Positions 28,315 through 37,426 of a stretch of DNA of 64,000 nt are shown piece by piece. The DNA lies in assembly GCA_947505655.1 (NCBI GenBank), contig CANNMD010000001.1, forward strand, positions 6,048 through 70,047. The letters are read 5' to 3'. Position numbers and translations under genes: made by a program. Below the pieces are notes generated by a model. The model did not search any database. It saw only the letters and a list, made by a program, of their open reading frames with translations, and had not been told where the DNA came from. The DNA is from Acidimicrobiaceae bacterium. Its GTDB lineage: Bacteria > Actinomycetota > Acidimicrobiia > Acidimicrobiales > Ilumatobacteraceae. Every line of letters starts with the position of its first letter. Position 1 is the first letter of the stretch.

Positions 28315-28785
28315 ATGGCGGCCGGGAAGACTCCGCTTGGCCACGTGGTCGATCTTGTGGTGTACGCACCCGTGGGTCTGTTCACGTTGGCCCAGCGCGA
28401 GCTTCCTGAGCTCATCAGCGCTGGAAAAACGAGAGTAGATAATCAGATCACGCTGGCCCGGTTCATTGGCAAGATGGCCGTGAAGCAGGGCTCAAGCGAG
28501 TTCAAGCGGCGCATGGGTGCTGCCGAAGAGTCACGCAAGCCCACGTCAGCAGCGGCTCAAATCATCGATATTCAGCCGTCTCTCGAGAAGGCGTCTCCGT
28601 CGCCTCGCAGCACATCGGGCGCGCACCTGCCAATCGACGGCTACGACAGCCTGGCGGCTTCGCAAGTGGTGCAACGCCTCAACACGCTCACCGCAGCCGA
28701 ACTCGAGACCGTTCGCGCTCACGAAGAGTCCAATCGGGCCCGCCGCACCATCTTGGGCAAGATCACTCAACTCCAGGCGCACTGA
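28315..28785 (+). CDS. hypothetical protein
   Basis: ATG at 28315 within ORF 28072..28785, 156 aa. Begins MAAGKTPLGHVVDLVVYAPVGLF. C-terminal helix-hairpin-like region: DGYDSLAASQVVQRLNTLTAAELETVRAHEE. Confidence 0.55.
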   Translation: MAAGKTPLGHVVDLVVYAPVGLFTLAQRELPELISAGKTRVDNQITLARFIGKMAVKQGSSEFKRRMGAAEESRKPTSAAAQIIDIQPSLEKASPSPRSTSGAHLPIDGYDSLAASQVVQRLNTLTAAELETVRAHEESNRARRTILGKITQLQAH

Positions 28786-28787
28786 GT

Positions 28788-29249
28788 ATGGACCCCGTCG
28801 TACGCCGGGCAACCATCAACGACATCAGCGACCTGGCTCGGCTCCAGCTGCTGGCGCGCCAAGGCATCGAAGATGTGCGCGGCGGGGCGCTACGGCTCGC
28901 TGAGTGCCCCGTGGTGGCCGAATGGAATCCGCTCATCGACGATCCGCACGCCGTGGTTGTGGTGGGCACACTCGACGATTCGGTGCTGAGCTACGCCGTG
29001 ATGCACCTGTCTGCCGCCAATAACCGCGGCATCATCACTCACGCCTTTGTCGAGGCCGAGGCGCGCGAGCTCGGGCTCGGCGACACGATGGTTGAGCATT
29101 TCATTGCGGCGGTTCGCACCGCCGGGCTAGGCGGCATTGAGGCCATAGCCCTACCCGGCGATCGCGAGACGAAGAACATGTTCGAGCGGGCCGGTCTCAC
29201 GGCCCGCAAGCTCACGGTGTACAAAGCACTGCCGAGCAGCGCCCCCTAG
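28788..29249 (+). CDS. GNAT family N-acetyltransferase
   Basis: 153 aa. Acetyl-CoA-binding-like segment EARELGLGDTMV. Overall GNAT layout. Confidence 0.75.
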   Translation: MDPVVRRATINDISDLARLQLLARQGIEDVRGGALRLAECPVVAEWNPLIDDPHAVVVVGTLDDSVLSYAVMHLSAANNRGIITHAFVEAEARELGLGDTMVEHFIAAVRTAGLGGIEAIALPGDRETKNMFERAGLTARKLTVYKALPSSAP

Positions 29250-29263
29250 TCAACTGCGGGTGA

Positions 29264-30049
29264 TTACTTACCCTGCCAGTTGGGTGCACGCTTTTCGATA
29301 AAGGCGGTGAGGCCCTCTTTCACGTCTTCGGACTGCATGACCTTGGCGAACTCAGCGTTGGTGAGGTTCTTCAGGGTCTCGTCGTCTTCGTATGCTGCGG
29401 CAAGCACAACCTTGCGGCTGGCGTAGACAGCGAGTGGGGCGGCATTGGTGATCTGAGTCGCCAAGCGCATTGCTTCGTCGAATGCCTGACCTGGCTCGGT
29501 AAGACGTGACACGAGGCCGAGGTCGTAGGCGCGCTGTGCGGTGAATGGCTCGCCGGTGAGGATGGCTTCCATCGCTGCAGCCTGGCCAATGGCGCGGGGG
29601 AGACGGAACAAGCCGCCAGCGCCAGCGATGAGGTTGCGCTTGGTCTCGGCGAGGCCGAACGATGCCTGCGTGCTGGCAACCACGAGGTCGGCAGCAAGCA
29701 CAATTTCGCAGCCACCGGCTGTGGCAAGGCCATCGACGGCGACGACCACAGGCTTGGTGCGCTCGCGGTATACGAAACCGGCGAAGCCGCCGCGCTTGGT
29801 ATTGAGCCCACCGGCTTGACCCGAGTTGATCGCCTTGAGGTCGGCTCCAGCGCAGAACACTGGCCGCGCTTGACCTTCGGTGTTGGCGCGCAGTACGCCA
29901 ACCCACACCGTTGGATCGGCCTCGAGCTTGTCGATCGCTGCCTCAAGACCGGCAGCGACGTCTCCGTTGATCGCGTTGCGAGCATCGGGGCGGTTGAGTG
30001 TGATGACCGCAATGCGGCCTTGAGTTTCGTACTGGACGATGTCAGACAT
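29264..30049 (-). CDS. enoyl-CoA hydratase/isomerase (crotonase) family
   Basis: Contains IAVITLNRPDARNAI, FCAGADLK and GGCEIVLA. Confidence 0.85.
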   Translation of the reverse strand: MSDIVQYETQGRIAVITLNRPDARNAINGDVAAGLEAAIDKLEADPTVWVGVLRANTEGQARPVFCAGADLKAINSGQAGGLNTKRGGFAGFVYRERTKPVVVAVDGLATAGGCEIVLAADLVVASTQASFGLAETKRNLIAGAGGLFRLPRAIGQAAAMEAILTGEPFTAQRAYDLGLVSRLTEPGQAFDEAMRLATQITNAAPLAVYASRKVVLAAAYEDDETLKNLTNAEFAKVMQSEDVKEGLTAFIEKRAPNWQGK

Positions 30050-30106
30050 GGTGAGTCATCGTAGAGCCGAGTGGCCCTGCGAGACGAACTGATGCCTGAT
30101 GTCGGA

Positions 30107-31702
30107 TCAGGCCGGGTCGGCCGGTGCCTCTGGCTCAGCTTCAGCAGCTGGTGCCGCAGCGGCGACTTCAACCTCGACCGCAGCAGTCTCGACCTCGACA
30201 ACAGCTTCGACAGCAGCAGTCTCGACCTCGACAACAGCAACCTCGACTACAGCAACCTCGACTACAGCAACTTCAGGAGCTGCTGGTGCAGGAGCGGCAG
30301 CTTCAGTTGGCGCAGCAGCAGCGGCGCGTGGCGCTGCTGGCTTGCGTGCCGGTGGGCCGGGGCGGGCCGGACGCAATGGCTTGGGCATCGACGAGCCACC
30401 GGTGACCTCGATACCGAACAAGGCAGCAATCTGCGGAAGAGCAGGGGCCAAACGCTTGACGGTGGCGGTGAGCTCGTCGCTCACCGTGGCTGGGGGAGCG
30501 GCTGGCTTAATGAGCGAGCGCATTGGGGCGAACGCTGCAGCTTCGAGCACAGCGACCCAACGATCGGGCATTGCATCGGCTGCGAGCGAGGTGATTGCGC
30601 CCTCGGCAAGCTTCACGGCGAGCTCTGGTGGCAGGCGTACGCCGGCCTTTGGCGGCAACGATGACAGCTTGAGCGCACGAACAACGCGACCCACGGTGAG
30701 GGCCGACGTGATGTCGTCGAGCCAGAGCAACAATTCGCTCTCTTGCTTGGCGATCAACGCCTGCTTGAGCTCTGCGGCCAGCGCGCGGGTTGACTCGTCG
30801 CGAGCGACCACTGGGTCTTCAGATGCGGCGACAACCGAACGCAAATCGGGCAACGCCAGTTCGGCGAGATCGGCCTTGGCGGCATCGGCACGGTCGAGCC
30901 ATTCGGCGACGCGCAACTTGGGGAGCAACTGCTCGGCCATCTGAATCAGACCGGCGGCTGGAATCTCTTCTTGGCCTGCGGCCTTGAGGCGAGCGTTTTG
31001 CTCTTGCACGGCTTGACGCACGGCAGGAATTCCGCCCTGCAAGGCACGCTCGGCCACGGGGCGCTGGGCCTCTGGCAAATCGGCGAGCACTGCAGCACGA
31101 TGGGCGCGGCCTGGCTTGAGACGCTTTGGCTTTGGACGCTGCGCCAACTCGGGTGGAGCAGTGAAGTTGGGGCGAGGGCGACGATCGCCGGCGCCTGCTT
31201 CGCCACCAGCGCGTGCTGGGCGGTCGCCATCGCGACGAGGACGACGATCTTGTCCGGCTCCGGCTCCGGCAGGTGCCTCGCCGTCGCGACGCGGACGACG
31301 ATCACCATCGGTGCGCGCTGGGCGATCACCTTCGGGACGACGTGCTGGGCGGTCACGACGATCGCCGCGATCTCCACGATCTCCACGGTCGCTGCGATCT
31401 CCACGATCGTTGCGGCCCCGCGTGGCGAGCTGCTGCGTGACGGGTTCGAAGTCTTTGCTGCTTGGCAAGATCTCGAGCAAGCCGCCCTCGTCGGCCTTGC
31501 CCTTGATGGTGGACACGCTGAGCACTCGTGTGCCATCGAGCTCGGTTTCGACGTCGGCACGGAAGATGTCGCCGACCTTCGATGGGCCGGGCAATACCGT
31601 TGCTTCGAGTACACCCTTTGGCTCACGGGCTCCGGCTGCTCGCCAGGTCCAGGTGCCGTCGGGGCGCGTGCTTGTTAGTTCGATCTCAATCCTGCGGGAC
31701 AT
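30107..31702 (-). CDS. conserved-looking hypothetical protein with two internal tandem-repeat regions
   Basis: 531 aa. Globular N-terminus (MSRRIEIELTSTRPDGTWTWRAAGAREPKGVL). Then an RDRGD/RRPR repeat region, a helical core, and a C-terminal (VAVVE/VETAA)n repeat. The antisense ORFs are low complexity. Confidence 0.7.
   Translation of the reverse strand: MSRRIEIELTSTRPDGTWTWRAAGAREPKGVLEATVLPGPSKVGDIFRADVETELDGTRVLSVSTIKGKADEGGLLEILPSSKDFEPVTQQLATRGRNDRGDRSDRGDRGDRGDRRDRPARRPEGDRPARTDGDRRPRRDGEAPAGAGAGQDRRPRRDGDRPARAGGEAGAGDRRPRPNFTAPPELAQRPKPKRLKPGRAHRAAVLADLPEAQRPVAERALQGGIPAVRQAVQEQNARLKAAGQEEIPAAGLIQMAEQLLPKLRVAEWLDRADAAKADLAELALPDLRSVVAASEDPVVARDESTRALAAELKQALIAKQESELLLWLDDITSALTVGRVVRALKLSSLPPKAGVRLPPELAVKLAEGAITSLAADAMPDRWVAVLEAAAFAPMRSLIKPAAPPATVSDELTATVKRLAPALPQIAALFGIEVTGGSSMPKPLRPARPGPPARKPAAPRAAAAAPTEAAAPAPAAPEVAVVEVAVVEVAVVEVETAAVEAVVEVETAAVEVEVAAAAPAAEAEPEAPADPA
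30181..30268 (-). repeat. in-frame tandem repeats (33-bp unit x2, then 15-bp unit x2)
   Basis: cagcagtctcgacctcgacaacagc occurs at 30181-30205 and 30214-30238. aacctcgactacagc x2 follows at 30239-30268. Together they encode the VEVETAAVE / VAVVE repeats. Confidence 0.85.
31165..31425 (-). repeat. imperfect short tandem repeats encoding Arg/Asp/Gly (RDRGD, RRPRRDGD) low-complexity region
   Basis: Reiterated gatctccacgatc / cgacgatc(g/a)cc units. Boundaries are approximate. Confidence 0.7.
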
Positions 31703-31803
31703 ATGCCCAGCACGCTATCCGGTCAAAGGTCACTCCCTCTTACTGCCGCGTATCTCATCCGTTGAGCAGTTGCTCGGCTCACTCTGTTGGCTACCGTTGC
31801 GCC

Positions 31804-32322
31804 GTGCCGATTTACGCGCTGGGAGACCAGGTTCCGAACATCCATCCCGATGCATACATTCATCCCGATGCCGTAATCATTGGGTCTGTGCACATCGGGG
31901 CAGAGAGCTCGGTGTGGCCATGCGCCGTGCTGCGCGCCGACGACGGCGCCATCTACATCGGTGAGCGCACCTCAATTCAAGATGGCTGCGTGCTGCACAC
32001 CACACCGTTTTGGCCAACACGTGTCGGCAGTAACTGTGTTGTCGGCCATCTCGTGCATCTCGAGGGGTGCACCATCGAAGACCGGTGCCTCGTTGGCAAC
32101 GGCTCAATTCTGATGCATCAAGTCATGGTGCATACCGGTTCAATCGTGGCCGCCAACGCGGTGCTGCTCAACGGCACGGTGGTTCCCAGCGGCGCGCTTG
32201 CTGCTGGTGTACCGGCCATGATCAAAGAAGGCAAAGCGCGAACCGAGCACATCGATATGGCTGTGCAAAGTTACGTGAACCGAAGCAAGCGCTTCCGCGA
32301 CACGCTTCGTCGGATCGACTGA
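31804..32322 (+). CDS. gamma-carbonic-anhydrase-like hexapeptide-repeat protein (YrdA/PaaY family)
   Basis: GTG at 31804. Contains VPIYALGDQVPNIHPDAYIHPDAVIIGSVHIG and SIQDGCVLH. Confidence 0.8.
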   Translation: MPIYALGDQVPNIHPDAYIHPDAVIIGSVHIGAESSVWPCAVLRADDGAIYIGERTSIQDGCVLHTTPFWPTRVGSNCVVGHLVHLEGCTIEDRCLVGNGSILMHQVMVHTGSIVAANAVLLNGTVVPSGALAAGVPAMIKEGKARTEHIDMAVQSYVNRSKRFRDTLRRID

Positions 32323-32325
32323 CCA

Positions 32326-33144
32326 GTGGTTCTCGCACTTGTCGTCACCGTCAGCACAGCCGATGTCGAGCTCGCCTCAGATGATCTCTGGTCACTCGGC
32401 GTCGTGGCCGTCGAAGAACGCTCTGGTTCCTCAGACAGCACCGTCGAACTCTGGACTTCGCTGGGCGAAGAACAAGACTCGATCATTGCGGCACTCAACA
32501 CGTTCGATCGCGCGTGGACCTGGCGATTCGAACCAGTCGACGAGTCGGTGAGCGAAACGTGGCGCGACTTCGCCACCGCCACGTGGGTTACTGATGACCT
32601 GGTTGTGTATCCGGCGTGGATTCCCCGTCCCGAATCCGCCACGGCCACGGCGATCAGCATTGATCCCGGAGCCACATTTGGAATGGGCGATCACCCCACC
32701 ACGGTGCTGTCGTTGCGCGCGCTGCGCGAACTGCCCACCGAAGGCGCCACGGTGCTCGATGTCGGTTGTGGCAGCGGCGTACTCGCTATCGCTGCATGTT
32801 TGTTTGGTGCGTCTCACGCAGAGGCCATCGACATCTCTCCGGCTGCTGTGCCAACAACCATCGACAACGCAACGCGCAACGGTGTGGCCGATCGGGTCAA
32901 CGTGTCCACCACACCCTTGGCCGATGTCGACGGCAGCTTCGACATCGTGCTTGCCAACATCTTGGCGCCAGCACTGATCGACCTCTCAGGCGACCTCAAG
33001 CGGGTTCTCTCGCGATCGGGCGCGCTGGTGATCAGCGGCATTTTGGCCGAGCGTCACGACCATGTGCTTGCCGCGCTCGCTCCATTGCGTGTGGTGAAGC
33101 GTTACGAACTCGAGAGTTGGACAGCGATCACCCTGCGTTGGTGA
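32326..33144 (+). CDS. prmA: ribosomal protein L11 methyltransferase-like
   Basis: Contains DPGATFGMGDHPTT, VLDVGCGSGVLAIAA and ANILA. Confidence 0.8.
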   Translation: MVLALVVTVSTADVELASDDLWSLGVVAVEERSGSSDSTVELWTSLGEEQDSIIAALNTFDRAWTWRFEPVDESVSETWRDFATATWVTDDLVVYPAWIPRPESATATAISIDPGATFGMGDHPTTVLSLRALRELPTEGATVLDVGCGSGVLAIAACLFGASHAEAIDISPAAVPTTIDNATRNGVADRVNVSTTPLADVDGSFDIVLANILAPALIDLSGDLKRVLSRSGALVISGILAERHDHVLAALAPLRVVKRYELESWTAITLRW

Positions 33145-34021
33145 GCAGCGCCTCGATGGCTTCGCGATGTGGCAACGACGGCACCGCGCCACGAACTGTT
33201 GTGGCCAAGGCCCCTGCCGCCGAAGCGAACCGAAGCGCATCGACAATGTCGACACCGCGCGACATCGCTGCGGCAAAGGCGCCGCAGAACGCATCGCCAG
33301 CACCGGTTGTATCGATGGCCTCGACTCTCAACGCAGGTATCGCAAGCACCGGCTGACCGGGGCGACACAACATTGCGCCACGAGATCCAAGCGTGACCAC
33401 AACCGCCGATACGCCGAAGTCGAGCAACGTGGTAACGCCGCCGAGCAGCTGCACTTCGTGTTCATTCGGGATCACGATGTCGCACAATGCAAGCGTGTCT
33501 TCGTCGACTCGACTGGCGGGCGCCGGGTTCAAGATGGTGAGTGCGCCTGCCTGCTTCGCTGCGGCAAGCGCCTCGCGAACGACGACTGCGGGCACCTCGC
33601 GTTGCACAAGCAGCACGCGCCCAGACCCGGCCGCAGCGCGTACGTCGTTTGGCTTGAGTCGGCCGTTGGCGCCGGGCACCACGATGATCGAGTTCTCGCC
33701 GCTTGATGACACGCCGATGAGTGCGCGGCCAGTTGGCGCATCGGACAACTCAACGAGCGCACTTCGGTCGATGAACTCGGCATCCATCACGGCGATCAAC
33801 TGACGCGCCGCATCGTCGCCGCCGACCGCACCAGCAAAGGCAGTGCGTGCTCCAGCACGTGATGCGGCGACGGCTTGGTTCAGGCCCTTGCCACCAGCGA
33901 ACTCGGCGTAGGTAGAGCCCATCACCGTCTCGCCTGGCCCAGGTAAGCGGTCGGTGGTGGCGACAAGATCAAGGTTCGCGCTGCCTACCACGCACACGTC
34001 GAACGTTGGTTGCGTGCTCAC
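33128..34021 (-). CDS. rbsK: ribokinase / PfkB-family sugar kinase
   Basis: Contains VCVVGSANLDLV, GGKGLNQAVA and DTTGAGDAF. The GTG at 34021 overlaps the upstream TGA (GTGA). The 3' end overlaps convergent prmA by 17 nt. Confidence 0.8.
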   Translation of the reverse strand: MSTQPTFDVCVVGSANLDLVATTDRLPGPGETVMGSTYAEFAGGKGLNQAVAASRAGARTAFAGAVGGDDAARQLIAVMDAEFIDRSALVELSDAPTGRALIGVSSSGENSIIVVPGANGRLKPNDVRAAAGSGRVLLVQREVPAVVVREALAAAKQAGALTILNPAPASRVDEDTLALCDIVIPNEHEVQLLGGVTTLLDFGVSAVVVTLGSRGAMLCRPGQPVLAIPALRVEAIDTTGAGDAFCGAFAAAMSRGVDIVDALRFASAAGALATTVRGAVPSLPHREAIEALLTNAG

Positions 34022-34836
34022 GATGGCGTTGCAGTAGGTCGAAACACTGCAGGGCGCTTGGCGATGAAAGCGGCCACAGCTTCGGCGTGTTCGGGCGATT
34101 TCCAACACTCAGCGAGCAGCACCTGCTCGCGACGTTGGATCAAGGAGAGGTCGGTTTCGACCAAGTTCTCGGTAAGCAACTGCTTGGTCATCCGCAGTTG
34201 CGGTGTGGGGTTCTGCGCATACGAGCGCGCCGTGTTCATCGCTGTCTCGAGCAGTGCCTCGGGTTCGACGAGTTCGTCGACAAGACCGATTCGAGCAGCC
34301 TCGGCGGCTGGAATAATGCGTCCCGACAAGAACAGGTCACTGGCATGACCAAAGCCCACGCGAGCTGCCAGTAGGCGAGTGCTCGCAAGTTCGGGCACGA
34401 GGCCCATCTTGATAAAGCCCATGCCGAACTTGGCTGCGCTGGATGCAACGATGCGATCGGCCGGAAGAATCATCGTGACGCCGATACCGACTGCTGCACC
34501 ATTGACCGCGGCGACGATGGGCTTTGACCTACGCAATAGATCGACCCAATCAAGACCAGCAGGCATACCGCCCACACCGTCGGCGGTGTTGCTGCCCGGA
34601 TCATCGCCGTGGATGCGGGTGGAGAACGTGGCCTCCATATCGGCACCGGCACAAAATCCTCGGCCTGCTCCGGTCATCACGATGGCGCCAACGGTGTCGT
34701 CAGCATTTGCGGCCTGCACAGCATGCGCCTGCTCGTCGGCCATGCGCGGGGTCCACGCATTGAGCCGGTCGGGCCGGTTGAGGGTGATCAGTGCAATGGG
34801 GCCATCGACTGAATAGGTGATCTGTGTGTATTCCAC
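34018..34836 (-). CDS. enoyl-CoA hydratase/isomerase family
   Basis: Contains IALITLNRPDRLNAW and GFCAGADM. Confidence 0.85.
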   Translation of the reverse strand: MEYTQITYSVDGPIALITLNRPDRLNAWTPRMADEQAHAVQAANADDTVGAIVMTGAGRGFCAGADMEATFSTRIHGDDPGSNTADGVGGMPAGLDWVDLLRRSKPIVAAVNGAAVGIGVTMILPADRIVASSAAKFGMGFIKMGLVPELASTRLLAARVGFGHASDLFLSGRIIPAAEAARIGLVDELVEPEALLETAMNTARSYAQNPTPQLRMTKQLLTENLVETDLSLIQRREQVLLAECWKSPEHAEAVAAFIAKRPAVFRPTATPS

Positions 34837-34891
34837 GAGCGCACCCTAGATCGTTGAAAGCCTGCAATCGCAGGCCACGCGTAGCGTTTGC

Positions 34892-35197
34892 TCAGCTTGC
34901 GCCGCGGGCGCGAACACCAATCGGGGCAATCAAGCGATAGCCAGCCGAGTGGCGCTCGTCTTCGGACTCGCTACCCCAAAAACCGTACTCATGGTTGTCT
35001 CGGGCGTACGAACAACAACGGCTCTTCACGCTGCAGCTGGCGCACACCGACCGAGCCATCGCTTCGCGTCGATCGCGTGCCTGTGGCCGCTCGGCAGGAG
35101 CGGGGAAGAACAGATTCGTCAGCCCCTTACACGCGGCATCTCGCATCCAACGATCGTCGGTTGCTTCGCGGTGAAAGATGATTTCTACCGAAGCCAT
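34892..35197 (-). CDS. whiB: WhiB-family (Wbl) Fe-S transcription factor
   Basis: Four Cys: C-x28-CxxC-x5-C (AACKG...CASCSVKSRC). The G(F/V)WGG-type turn is GFWGS. Basic tail. Confidence 0.85.
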   Translation of the reverse strand: MASVEIIFHREATDDRWMRDAACKGLTNLFFPAPAERPQARDRREAMARSVCASCSVKSRCCSYARDNHEYGFWGSESEDERHSAGYRLIAPIGVRARGAS

Positions 35198-35353
35198 GGA
35201 ACCCCCTCGAGTTCGACTTATAGCGTGCCCGCCGACCCCCGGACGACACGAGATCGATCATACGTAGAAGTAACCACCGAGTCAATTGCATACTGCAATG
35301 AAAAAAATATTCCAGAGCGGCGCCCAATTGGACCGTTTGTCACCTCAGGGGAG

Positions 35354-36409
35354 TCAGGAGCCGAGCAGTTCGCGCACCCCAGCGGCGAACACGTCGACAT
35401 CTTCGATGGTGGTGTCCCAGGCGGTCATCCAACGCACCTGATGCGACGGAACATCCCAGTCCCAAAAGAAGCACCAGTTACGGAGTTCGTCGATGAGATG
35501 TGGCGGAAGACGCGGAAACACGCTGTTCACCACTGGTGCTGCGTCGTAGGCCACCGCTGGGATTGCGCTCGTGGCGTCGTAGAGGCGCCGAGCCATGAGG
35601 TTCGAGTGAGCCGCCAATGTGAGCCACAAGTCGTCGTGCAGCAACGCATTGAACTGAGCCGAAACAAAGCGCATCTTTGACGGCAGCTGGGTGACTTGCT
35701 TGCGAACATATGGGGCCACTGCTGAGAAGCGGTCGTTGAGATAGACAACAGCCTCGCCGTACATCATTCCGTTCTTCGTGGCGCCAAAGCTCAGTACGTC
35801 GACGCCAGCGTCAACTGTCATTGCTCGCAGCGCCGCACGAGTACCGCCGGCGGCAGCGACAGCGTTCGCGATACGAGCGCCGTCCATGTGTACCGACATG
35901 CCGTGACGGTGCGCCGCCTCACATAGCAACGCGATTTCTTCGGCGCTGTACACGGTGCCGAGTTCGGTGCTCTGGGTGATGCTCACGACTCCGGGCTGGG
36001 CGTGGTGCATCACACCAATTGCATGCGCCTGCTCTTCGATCTGCGCGGGCACAAGTTTGCCGTCGGCGCACGGAACGTCGATGAGTTTGGCGCCGAGAAT
36101 GCGCTCGGGCGCACCTGTCTCGTCGACATTGATGTGTGCCCAATTCGTGCACAACACAGCCTGAGCTGGCCCAAGCATGCTCGCCAGCGCCATCACGTTG
36201 GCGCCCGTGCCACCCCACACCAAGTACGAACTCGTGTTGCCACCAAACAAATCGCGCATGCGGTCGTTCATCTCAGTGGTCCATCGATCAGAGCCGTAGG
36301 CCAAGGCGTGGCCGCTATTGGCTTCGTTCAATGCATCGATCACTGCGGGATGAACGCCTGCGGCGTTGTCGCTTGCGAACGCTCGACGGGGAGGAGGCGC
36401 TGAGATCAT
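35354..36409 (-). CDS. threonine aldolase family PLP enzyme (beta-hydroxy-amino-acid aldolase-like)
   Basis: Contains FASDNAAGVHPAVIDAL, and FGATKNGMMYGEAV with the PLP lysine. 351 aa. Confidence 0.8.
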   Translation of the reverse strand: MISAPPPRRAFASDNAAGVHPAVIDALNEANSGHALAYGSDRWTTEMNDRMRDLFGGNTSSYLVWGGTGANVMALASMLGPAQAVLCTNWAHINVDETGAPERILGAKLIDVPCADGKLVPAQIEEQAHAIGVMHHAQPGVVSITQSTELGTVYSAEEIALLCEAAHRHGMSVHMDGARIANAVAAAGGTRAALRAMTVDAGVDVLSFGATKNGMMYGEAVVYLNDRFSAVAPYVRKQVTQLPSKMRFVSAQFNALLHDDLWLTLAAHSNLMARRLYDATSAIPAVAYDAAPVVNSVFPRLPPHLIDELRNWCFFWDWDVPSHQVRWMTAWDTTIEDVDVFAAGVRELLGS

Positions 36410-36444
36410 GTCGACCAGTATGGCCTGTCCGTTTGGGGACGTGC

Positions 36445-37335
36445 TCAGTCGCCGAACACTGTGGTGATCATTCGCCCCACGCGCTCGCTGGCACTAGCGG
36501 CAAGATCGGAAACCACCATGATTCGTTGCACCCAACGGTCTGTGCCGTCGTATCGCGCCTCGAACGGACTCCGTCCGTGCACAACCACATCATTGTCGAG
36601 TATCACCAGATCGCCAGCGGCAAGCGTGACCTCTCCGTGGTTGGCGGCCAATGCATTTCCCAATGCGCGCAACGCACCTTCGGCCTCGACGTCGGTGCCA
36701 ACCATCAGGTCTTCGTCGAAGACCATGGCCGGACACGATCGATCGCCAGACAGCACGGCCATTGGAGCGCCAAGCGCATTCTGACGACCATGCAAATAAC
36801 TCTCGTCGACGGCGCAACGAAACCGAGGCTGGAACAGCGTGTCGATCATCTGCGCGCTGAGATGGGGGAGCGCATCGTGGATCGATGCCACGGTTGTTTG
36901 CGCATTGGTGTCGCCTCGCAAACACAGCAGCAGCAGGTACTTGGGCCGATGCGGATGAAAGGCTGCCTCAGTATGGAACATCAACGTGATGCGTGACGAC
37001 GTTGAGGTTTGCCGTCCCGAAGACGCCCGAACGGGCACGAGGTTTTGCACCATGTCGCCGTCGTGCTCGGGCTCGTAACCAACGGGTTCGCCCAGCAGCG
37101 ACGCAACAGCGACGAGCAGCAACTCGCTGGCATGGCTCTTGCTCGTTGCGGCCGTTGGTTCAGGCGGAGTAGCGGGAATTACCCCGACGACCAGATTTCG
37201 CAGCAGCAGCCAACCCTGGGGAGTTGAGTCGGCCCGAAACGCGATCACCGCATCGCGCACATCAGCGGGTAACTCAACCGTCTGCCGAGCGGTTTGGACC
37301 AGAGAATCGTCGTCACGTTTCATGGTGGAATGCAT
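36445..37335 (-). CDS. clavaminate-synthase-like Fe(II)/2-oxoglutarate amino-acid hydroxylase (VioC/AsnO type)
   Basis: Facial triad HTE (LMFHTEAAFH) plus a distal H (VVVHGRSPF). Contains RPKYLLLLCLRGD and DGTDRWVQR. The start is the ATG at 37335 or 37323; the ORF-track extension to 37575 overlaps the regulator. Confidence 0.75.
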   Translation of the reverse strand: MHSTMKRDDDSLVQTARQTVELPADVRDAVIAFRADSTPQGWLLLRNLVVGVIPATPPEPTAATSKSHASELLLVAVASLLGEPVGYEPEHDGDMVQNLVPVRASSGRQTSTSSRITLMFHTEAAFHPHRPKYLLLLCLRGDTNAQTTVASIHDALPHLSAQMIDTLFQPRFRCAVDESYLHGRQNALGAPMAVLSGDRSCPAMVFDEDLMVGTDVEAEGALRALGNALAANHGEVTLAAGDLVILDNDVVVHGRSPFEARYDGTDRWVQRIMVVSDLAASASERVGRMITTVFGD

Positions 37336-37426
37336 ATTCCAAACGCTAACACGACTTGGAATGTTTGGTTCTAGATTCTTGTGTGCTTTCGAGCACATAG
37401 TTGCGCTGCAGCTACGATGCCAACCC
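37336..37426. promoter_or_regulatory. divergent promoter/operator region between the hydroxylase operon and rpiR-like gene
   Basis: 91-bp relatively AT-rich spacer. Palindrome tgtgct-ttcg-agcaca at 37382-37397. Nested inverted repeats attccaa/ttggaat and ccaaac/gtttgg at 37336-37370. Confidence 0.35.

Noticed and set aside
27567-28415. 282-aa and 187-aa minus-strand ORFs with poly-Ser/Val runs
   Set aside because: They are mirror images of the GAC/GAA-rich acidic DUF4193 gene. The + strand carries the conserved Cys motif and an RBS.
30099-31964. Several + strand ORFs (30099..30944, 30971..31678, 31116..31964) rich in Ala/Ser/Arg
   Set aside because: They are antisense to the 531-aa minus-strand gene, which has a globular N-terminus and helical core. 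The + frames are pure low complexity.
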